A stretch of DNA of 64,000 bases from Chrysomallon squamiferum (Eukaryota; Animalia; Mollusca). The notes under the pieces are model-generated. The model had not been told where the DNA came from, searched no databases, and worked only from the letters and a program-made list of their open reading frames with translations. The stretch is from assembly GCA_012295275.1 (NCBI GenBank), contig CM022678.1, forward strand, positions 17,794,001 to 17,858,000, read 5' to 3'. Position 1 is the first letter of the stretch; every line of letters begins with the position of its first letter. Shown in pieces: positions 28,089-38,100 of the stretch. The position numbers were made by a program, and so were the translations under genes.

Positions 28089-29315
28089 GTACGTACGTAT
28101 ATGTATAATCAACTTACTAGGGACAGTTCTAAGCCATCTTTTAGTTACTGTTTATTATTTTCATTTCATTATTTATTTGTTCAAAATCTCTGAAGACATG
28201 GATTAAATGATTCCGTCATTAATGAGTCACTGTCGCGCAATCTCGTCATTTCGAAAAACATAAGAGAGAAAAAAAATGTACTGAAAAAGATGATAACAAA
28301 ACTGATTACTCTGTTTTCAAGAGGTAAGATGCACAACATATATAGTGAGCATGCCACGTAGAGAAATAACACATACGTAAAACCACAAGTAAATAAATAA
28401 ATATATATATATGCTATAATGTGCTATTGAATCGTGTTAGGAAACCATCACAGGAGTCATTAAAATTCAACACCGGCATGTTAAAAGTTCGCGAAAGCGT
28501 AGCTTTTTAAATGTAACAGTTCATATTAAACATCGGAAATGAGTTGTTTATTTTTCTACTTAACATCGGACCAATTTTTTTTGTTGAAATTACAGAGTTA
28601 ACAGAAATCGCAGACACGTCTTCCAAGAATGTGATGAAAACGGGTATTAAATTTAAGGGATTTTTTAATCATTAAAGTATTGTATCCTCTGTTTACGTGG
28701 CATACCTATTACCGTAATGCATTTTGTTAATTGATAATTTAGTTGTCTTCGAAAACTAAAAATATTATTATTCTTACTTTAATGTCAGCACGCACATTGT
28801 TAATTATAACCTTAAATTTAAATTATTATATATGCATGTGTCAAATAATAAAAGTGTAAATAAAATACATGTACTCACACAACTACAGACATAAACTTAG
28901 ACACTGACAGTCTAAATGCATACAAATGAATATACACAGAAAGAGTACACACACACACACCCGTCTACAATAACAATAACAAGAAGAACAACAATAAATA
29001 AAATAAAATAAATAAGTAAAGAATATTATAAAATGTTTTCTTTTAAAATGGAAGGGGTTAAAACTGGTTTGAATAAAAATACCCAGTATGCAGTAGGTAC
29101 ATTTTTATTATTTTCATTTAGATTATAATTATACAACTCTTGCGAATTGAATACATTTGAGGGTGTACATGTATCTTAGATATTCATGTACAATATAAAT
29201 ATATCACTAATAAGTTCAAGATTTACTTACAAAGGTGGTCCAAAATTAGTCAAAATGAATTTTTTTAATTTTATTTTTTAAATTCAGTTTTCTTTCATAT
29301 CAGCATTTATGTTGT

Positions 29316-29350
<35 letters not shown>

Positions 29351-30161
29351 TTTGTTAGTTTGTTTGTTTTAGGACTGAACTAACAAAATAAAAGGTTACT
29401 AAGCTTTTACAGAAACTAAACAGAACACATTCTGTGTGTGTTGCAGCTAGTCAGATATTCATGAAGACAAAATTAATTATATTTAACATGGTTTATTAAT
29501 TATGATGAAGGCCAAACATTTCAGTTCATAAAAAGTGTACAATATAATTACCTAGCAGATATTTCTAGGTTAACAATCTTCAGACATATTTGAAATCATA
29601 CTAAAATAGAAATATTTAGAGATTATATTTAGGTTGTGTTAATTGCTTGCTTTTAGATTTTGTCAACAACAACAACAACAAAATATGTGTCCAGTAGTTT
29701 GTAATTACATTGATGCAAAGATAGCAAAACTATAGTGATTGATGTTAGTTCTGATTCAAATATAGACTTTTAAATTTAAAATCAGACTCCTCTGCTAAAA
29801 TCTATAAATTTCTTTTATTGCAGTTTTTACACTTTTGTATTTTCAGATCGTAAGCGACGTTTGAGACTTCATGATTGGATAGAAAGCAGATTGTGAACTT
29901 TATGAATTAAAATGTTCATTCTTTAACAGACTTTCTGAATAATTATTATTTAAAATGTCAGAATAAAAACTGGACTTTTGTAATAATAGCATCCTTGACT
30001 TTTATAGCATCCATTGTGTCTAAAAGTGTGTAAGAAGATGCGAAGAGTGCAGAAGAGCAGTAGCAGTAATGGTGAGAAGAAAAAGTGATGAAAACAAAAT
30101 TTAATACTGGAACTTTCCTCCGATTTTCTGTTCTATTCGGAAGTTGTTAAATCTTGGCAAA

Positions 30162-30722
30162 ATGCACGCCAGTGGCAAAAAACCCTACACATGCGAAGTT
30201 TGTACTCTGTGTTTTTCTCGGAGTCAGCATTTGAAGAGTCACATGCGAACACACACAGGTGAGAAACCGTTCAAGTGCGACGAGTGTGAAAAGTGTTTCT
30301 CTCGCAGCCAGAATCTTAAAAGTCACATGATCGTTCACACAGGCGAGAGGCCCTTTACGTGCGGGATTTGTGAGAAGAGTTTCTCGTGCAGTCAGAACAT
30401 GAAGAGTCACATGAGAATTCACACTGGCGAGAGACCCTTTCAGTGTGGAGTGTGCGATAAATCGTTTTCAAAGCGGAGCAATGTCGAAGCCCACATGAGA
30501 ATCCATTCTGGGGAGAAGCCGTTTGCTTGCAGACTGTGTACGAAGTGTTTCTCGGAACGGTGCAGTTTGAAGAGACACATGAACACACACACTAATGTGA
30601 AGCCGTACAAGTGCGAGGTGTGTTCGAAATGTTTCTCACAAGATCAGCGTTTGAAATATCACATGAAAATGCATTCTAACAAAACAAACTTTTTTCCTGG
30701 CTATACATCTGAACAACCGTGA
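30162..30722 (+). CDS. C2H2 zinc-finger protein, 6 fingers, about 186 aa
   Basis: Six CxxC..H..H units with HTGEKP/HTGERP linkers. ATG at 30162. Candidate UTR acceptor tttttcAG near 29846. Confidence 0.9.
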   Translation: MHASGKKPYTCEVCTLCFSRSQHLKSHMRTHTGEKPFKCDECEKCFSRSQNLKSHMIVHTGERPFTCGICEKSFSCSQNMKSHMRIHTGERPFQCGVCDKSFSKRSNVEAHMRIHSGEKPFACRLCTKCFSERCSLKRHMNTHTNVKPYKCEVCSKCFSQDQRLKYHMKMHSNKTNFFPGYTSEQP

Positions 30723-31266
30723 AATTCAATATTTTTCTTTTTTTTTCTTTTTTTTTCAAATTTTAGTGTAAAATGATTGACACAGTCTCAATATATGAAA
30801 ATCTTTTTCTGTGTGCTGGGCTAAAATGTAATGTCAGTATTCTTGCACACACAGTCTTTAAATTAGATAACGTTTGAGTGAAATAATCAATAAATAACAT
30901 TTCAGTGGAACATTAAGTAAATAACTTTTGAGTGAATATTAAACAAATTTTCATTGATTGAAAAACTGTTTTATTTTTGTTAAATATTTAACCTAGATGT
31001 TTTTATAAAGAAAATGTTTTGAAAATTGATTTTATTGAAATATCTTTTTAATTATTTTAATAATCTAAAGAAGATTGAAAACTTGACAATAACACTAACA
31101 ACAGTATTCATAAATCTTGTGTTTTTTCCTCAAAGCATTATCTAATTGGAGATGCTTAACCATGAAAAATCTTACTTAAAAACAATGTAAAATGTCTAAA
31201 ACTAAAGATCAAGATTTCATGTGACCAACCCTGGCATACAAAATACAGTTATGTACCTGTTTAGTA

Positions 31267-31551
31267 CAGTGTTTTTCAACCTTTTTTTGAGCCAAGGCAC
31301 ATTTGTTTTACATGAAAAGAATCCCAAGTCACACCACCAACCCAAAAGTGTTACAAAATGACACATTTACAATGACAATTCGGTTAATGGAAGAGTATTT
31401 AACTACTTTGCTAGTCAGTTCATTGCAGACACACACACACACACGCATGGCAAATCATTTGCAATAACTAAATAATATATATTATTATTTATTTTTTTAC
31501 CAATTGCGTGAAGTTGGATAATTCCCACAGCAGATTGGTTGAAAATCACTG
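31267..31551. mobile_element. Non-autonomous hAT (Charlie-like) DNA transposon/MITE, 285 bp
   Basis: Terminal inverted repeats CAGTGTTTTTCAACC and GGTTGAAAATCACTG match at 14/15. Flanking 8-mers GTTTAGTA and CCTTAGTA match at 6/8, consistent with an eroded 8-bp target-site duplication. Confidence 0.8.
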
Positions 31552-33028
31552 CCTTAGTAATAGTTTCAAAAGTGACTTCATACGTGAAGATCTGGTTTGT
31601 AGTCTCTGAACCAGAACTAATTTACTGTGATGAAATTTTACCAGCACTGTGAAGAGAGGAGTTGAAAGTGAAGTGACAAGAAAATGTTTTGTAAATTTGA
31701 TAAATGTGTGAAATTTCATTCTAAATAGCGAATGAATTTTTGTTATTTTCAATGATAGCAAGTACTGTGGGAGGGGGAAAAAAAACAAAAAAAACCCACC
31801 AAAACAACAACCAGTTAGCAATGTCAGTCTGAACTGAAAATCATTTCTCGTGTTGTTCCAACACTTGTCCTAGTTCAGATTATCTATTCCTATTTTTTTT
31901 TTTTTTTTTAACTTTGCTCATTCTGCAGATATGCTGTCTACTATTTTTTTATTTATTATTGAACAAACGCTGTAAAAGTAACAATGATCTTGAATACTTG
32001 GTAACAGCTGAGGTAACAACATAAGGAACCAAGACCACATCACCAGTTGCCCCAGCTGGCTTTACATAATAAAATATGTCAGCGCAAGAGGTACGTGTTT
32101 ATGTGTATTTTATCTACGACCGTGTACGTGTATTACATATTTTTAAATGTAATTATGTTACTCCAGTTTCACGTGTTAATGCATTTTATCTAGGGCTAGT
32201 TACATTTCAGGGCATCTACAAAAACATCGGAAACCATAAATGCGCGTATACAAAACATTTGACTAAAATGTAACAGCAATTCCTTGCTTTGCGATACAAA
32301 CCTTTACATTGATCACTGTCCAAGGAATTGCATTCTACTAATTTTGATGACTGGAACAGAAATATTGATTTGTAATGTCCTGTACATTTCAAATACCTTT
32401 GTATGTGTAAGTCTTTGCAAAAAACGTTTTTTTTACTTCTTCGCGGAAATTGGTCGCAGTATTTCTATTAGTACTAGTAATAGTAGTTGTAAGTAGATGC
32501 AGTGATGGTACTAGTAGTAGTACCAGTTAGTAGTAGAAGTCTTGTTAAGTATTATTAGTACAAAAAGCAGTAATATTAATAGTGACAAAGTAGCCTAATA
32601 ATAACAGTATTGTTACAACATTGCTGTTACTACGTCTGTTAACACTAGCACCACCATTACTACTACTACTACTACAACTCTGAAACAACAACACGTAGTT
32701 AGTGTTAACGTTTCAGCTTTATCGTGTGGAATAAGAATGTTAATTTAAGGCATGGCCGAACAAAATAACGCTGATGTCATAAGACGACTGCCACTGGAAT
32801 GGAATGGAAAAAAAAAATGAACGTGCTAATCAGAGCAAGCTGTTGTGAAGCACGTCTGCGACGGGCACGCTTTCTGACAGGTCAGCGGGCGTGTCTGTCG
32901 CAGAATACTGAGACTGCCAGTAACCAGTTGTTTCTTTTATCCTGCAATCCTGAACTCACCAATGTCGACAGTTTTTAACAGCAGTTTGTTTATTTGTTGA
33001 TTTATTTATTTATTATTATTATTATTAA

Positions 33029-33065
<37 letters not shown>

Positions 33066-33430
33066 ATAAATATAAAAGAAGTATCTTTAAAGAATATACA
33101 TTGTAATCGTTATCGTGTCAATCTATTTATAAACGTACTTTGCTATATCACATGATCTGGACATGTGACACACGACTGTGTTACGGTCTATATTGCTTCA
33201 GTAACAGCCACAACTGTTTCTTTTGTTAGCACGGTTATTCAGATCAGAATGTACATGGTGAGTAATTTTTATTATTTTTTTTTAAAGGCAATTAATATTA
33301 GCTTCGGTTAACCTCTGACTTCCTGTTTCTGAAACAGTATAGTCACGTAAAAATAAACTGGAAAAATTAGTGAAATTAATTTTTTTTTTTTTTTTTTTTT
33401 TTTATCTGACGCCTTTTCGCAGAAATTTCT

Positions 33431-33444
33431 TCTTTCACTTTCGC
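33431..33444. promoter_or_regulatory. ISRE/IRF-like element in the putative promoter/first exon of the helicase-RBR gene
   Basis: TCTTTCACTTTCGC (GAAAGTGAAA on the - strand). Nearby ETS cores at about 33318 and 33463, and donor gag|GTAATA at 33481. Confidence 0.4.
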
Positions 33445-33835
33445 TTCTTGCGAGTTTGCTTGCAGGAAGTTTTCTTTGAGGTAATATTATTTTTTACAAA
33501 ATACGTATATATTTATTAGGATGAAGACTCAGAGAAATTATAAGTTTATCCAGGGCTAGGAAAAGAGAGGGGGTTGTATTATTTTTTGATGGAAAGGAAA
33601 CCTCAGCAAAATCTAGTTGTGGAGAAAGCCTTCAGAACAAAAACTGTGACCAGTCTTTTTATTTCTGTTGCATAAAAAAGTAAAGAAACAACAACAAACA
33701 AACAAAAACAAAACCGTTCACGCGACTTCAGTTTGTGATTTAACTGGTGTGATTTAAAATGGCCGTCTTATTTCTGATTTTCCATTCAGTAATGTTTAGT
33801 TTTTCTTTTTATCATCATCATCATCATCATCATCA

Positions 33836-33868
<33 letters not shown>

Positions 33869-34099
33869 TGTTCTACGGTTGTGGCAATGCTTTGGAAATA
33901 AATATTGTCACTGATGATGAAATATGTGTGATTTGTTACTGTTAGTGGGTTCAAATTAAGCTTGTTATGTTTCAAAGCACGTACATCATTTATTATTATT
34001 TTCTTTATTCAGTTACTCAAACTTCCGCTGAAACTGGTAAATAAAAGTTGCTGGAATTTTTACAAATGATGAAATAATACGATGCTCTGAAGAAGATTT

Positions 34100-34380
34100 T
34101 TTATTCATCAACAGCCAGTATGGACCAATTCCTTTTTCGTTTTGACATTTGCTTCATAAAGTCCACTCGTGCATTCAAACAGACTCTAAAAAGGCATCTT
34201 TTCAAAAGCCACTTTTTAAGTCTTATCCAATGAAATTCAGCTTCTGCTTCATTTACATTTTCATCACCGTATACTGTATGTTAGTTTTTGTACGTAGTGT
34301 AGCAGTATAAATCATTTTTCATACAGTTTTTGTTTCCACGTGTTCTAATATAGTCTTCTTGTTAAGAGAAAATAACACTG
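34100..34380 (+). mobile_element. Possible 3' remnant of an L2/CR1-type LINE
   Basis: Translates to AFKQTLKRHLFK, like the FKxxLKTHLF ORF2 terminus of L2/CR1 elements, followed by an AT-rich tail. Confidence 0.35.
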
Positions 34381-34815
34381 TAATTTATTTTTATTATTAT
34401 ATAACCTTCAGCAGAACTAACAGCGTACCTCGATGCTGAAGAAAACTGAAACTTGTTAAACAACAACAAACAAACAAATAAATAAAAAAAAAATTAAACT
34501 CTTGGATCCACCCCCCGACAAAAAAAAAAAAAAAAAAAAAAAAAACCGTTTAAAATTTTCTAATTGATTTTTCTAAATGAATTTCATCATCTAGACCATT
34601 TCACCGTGTTTACAGTACAAGAAGAAATAGAGTTATGAATTTTTCAAATTTTTTATGTAACCATGATAAAACGATCAGTAATTATGGCTGCAAGTCAACC
34701 TTTTAGTTCCCTGACAGAAAATCACTTTGGTGTACCTTGTAGGTGTCTATAATATGCGATGAATTCATCACTATATAGGTCTGTATATGCATACGTATAT
34801 GTGTGTGTGCGCGTC

Positions 34816-34848
<33 letters not shown>

Positions 34849-35129
34849 TTGTTGTTATCTTTTTCAGTAGACCGTTTTCGGATTTTCGGATCAGTAAGAA
34901 TACGAGACACTGACTCGCTGATTTAATCTAGGTCTTCAGTAATCGCGAGAAAACAAATCCCATAAAATAAATAAACAATAAAAATAAATAACAACAACAA
35001 CCAAAAAAAAAAAATAATAATAATAAAATAACAAAAAAAATAATAAAACAATATAAGATGGAAAGAAATCTGCTTACTTTTAAATCCTCTTCGTAATAAA
35101 CAAGAATAAACTGTGAAAAAAAAAAAAAA

Positions 35130-38100
35130 ATGGCTGAAGGTTTGTCGAAACCACCAACTGCTCAAATCACCGACAGCGAAATAAACAATTACGAACAACA
35201 CGCGCCAAACCGTGACGTTCCGGAAGTTGAAGAACGTCATACGAAAACTAGAACGTATTATAATAGGAACAGACGACAAAATAAAGAGACACGACCAAAG
35301 ACGACAGAAGACAAAAACTCAAAGTCACCTACTGAAAAAGATCTGTGGCAAAAGTCAGTCAAAGAAAACCGGGAGTCGGAATCTCGAGCTACATCACGAC
35401 CGACCGCCAAAGATATTCATACCCCAAAACGAAATAGTGCGTCTGAAGCAAATACAACCAGAGACACGATAAAGAAACCGGGAAATTGTACAAAGTCGTC
35501 TTTTCAAGCTGACCTCTGCAGTGGAAAAAATGACGATCGCAGATACAAGTACAGATGTAGCTCGAGATGTCTTGGAATGTCAGAAGGTGAAAGCAAAGAC
35601 GCGGAACCTGATAATCACATTGAAAGAAACAGCAATAACGCGAACAGAGGTCCACGACCACGGTCGATTTCTGAAATACGTCCGAGAAATCAGAAATCTG
35701 CCAAAGAAAAAATCTTCGTTCAGAAAGCTAGGGATGAGAGAAAGAAACATGATAGAGTAGAAGACACCGTAATAGATAAATCAAATAAGAAACGTAACAA
35801 AGAAGAAGACGTGAATACTTCACAAACTCCACAAAACGATCACGTCCAGAAGTCAGCAGATAAAACAAGGAAACACGCTAAAAACTACGATTATGATACA
35901 TCAACGTCTGCAGCTGATCCGAACGGAAAAAGTCGGAACCTGCCGAACGTTAAAGAAAAGAACCGATGCAAGTCAGACTCAGAAATTGACAGAACTGTGA
36001 ATGAGTCTTTGTCTTGTTCGTCAGTCAGTAAACAGACAAACAAAAATAAAATATCGAAACAGGAGAAGAAAAGTAAAACGACATTCCTGTACTTGCGTCT
36101 GGACCAGACAATGCCTGATGACTTTGACATGCGCAGTTTTCTGAAGAAACGTTTCCAGAGCTTGGGTGCTATGGTGGGATTTGAACTGATGGACTGGGTA
36201 TCAACCGCGAAAGACAATCAGACTGTGATTACTCTAAAATTCGCCAGCAGACATTTAAGTGGAAGAGCTGAACATCTCATAAAACTGGGAAACCGAGACA
36301 ACGATCTAAAAATATATACAACTTTCGATGAATCTGAAGTGAAGGAATCCATAACAACAGGTAAGAATGAAGATATTTTCACGAGCCAGTTAGGAAAGAT
36401 TACAAGCCAGGCAAATGAGGCACTGGAAAGACACGATGAGAAGATAAAAAAAGCGAAAAAACAGATTTCAGGTCTCACATCAACCAAACATATGCCAGTC
36501 AATCTTTTTTACAAAATGCAATCAGAAAGGCTTGCTCTGGAAGATAAAGTAAAGGAATTAAGTCTTCAGAGGATAGAATTTCAGGCATTTCTGAAAGATT
36601 TAGAAAAGACGCTCCGAAAAAGCTGGGAAACAAATACGTTTGATAGAGAAATTAACCTCATAAGAAGCCTGTTTGAAGTAGAATGCCACAGACTTGACAG
36701 TGCGCTTCCAATGTACGCTAGGAGAAGAGAAATCGTAAAACTCGTTAAAGAAAACCAAGTCTCGATTATTCTGGGCGAAACTGGTTCAGGTAAAAGTACA
36801 CAAGTGACTCAGTATCTGTACCAGGTTGGATTTGGAAATAACGGAATTATTGTTTGCACGCAGCCGCGCAAAGTGGCAGCCATTAGCCTCGCCACAAGAG
36901 TTGCGTCAGAAATGAAAACTTATGTCGGTCAGATCGTCGGGTTCCGCGCTGGTATGAAGAGCAAGGTGAGTGTCAACACGAAAATCCTGTACATGACTGA
37001 CCACGCCCTGTTAAACGATTGTCTCGAAGACAGGAGTTTTTCCAAGTATTCCTGTGTAATCATCGATGAGGCTCACGAGAGAAGCATCTACACGGATCTG
37101 CTGCTAGGCATGCTGAAACAGAGCCTCGAGTCTCGTCCTGATTTGAAAGTAATTGTCACATCAGCCACAATCGACCCGCAAGTCTTCGTGCGTTATTTCA
37201 ACAACTGTCCCGTACTGAAAGTGTCCGGAAGAACCTTTCCTGTCGACGTCGTGTGGGAATCTTCATCCGGCGAGTCGGACATGCTTGACCGTTACCAGCA
37301 CGCTGCTGTTCAGAAAGCTGTAGAAATCCACAAGAGACAAGCAGAAGGAGACATTCTAGTGTTCATGACAACACCTGCTGAAACTGAGAAATGTCGCGAC
37401 TGTTTCGAAGAACAGCTGAAGAACGACAGATCGTACAAATGTCTTGTGCTGCACGGCCAAATCCAGCCAGCTGAACAACAACAAATTTTCCAGCCCTGTC
37501 CTCCAGGTCAAAGAAAGATTGTGTTTGCCACCAACAGTGCAGAAACGTCGATCACAATACCTGGGGTCAAGTACGTGATAGACACGGGGCTGGTGAAGGA
37601 GAAGCGATATGATCCCAAGAGAAGCATGGACAGTTTGAATATTTACTTGATAAATCGTAGTTCTGCTGAACAGAGACGAGGTCGAGCAGGGAGAACAGAA
37701 CCAGGCGTCTGCTACCGACTGTACAGCGAGGACGTTTACAGAAACATGGACTCCTCTTCACTACCAGAGTTACTAAAAGTCAACTTAGGCCAGGCCCTGC
37801 TGAAATTAGGTGAATTAGGAATCGATCCAGAAGAATATGATTTTGTTCAAAGTCCAGACAAAGCAGCAATTGCTGACGCTACAAGGACGCTTCAAGACAT
37901 TGGTGCTATGAAGAATGGTAAAATTACAGAGACTGGAAGATGGCTTTCTAAATTTCCCCTTGAACCAAGACACGGTTTAATTATCGCCAAAGGGAAGGAA
38001 CAAGGTCTGCTGTATGAGAGCATCGTGCTGTCGGCTGTGAGCAGCGCGGGTAGTAATATTTTCTACAGAGGCAGATCTGAGACTGACAAGAAGAAATCGG

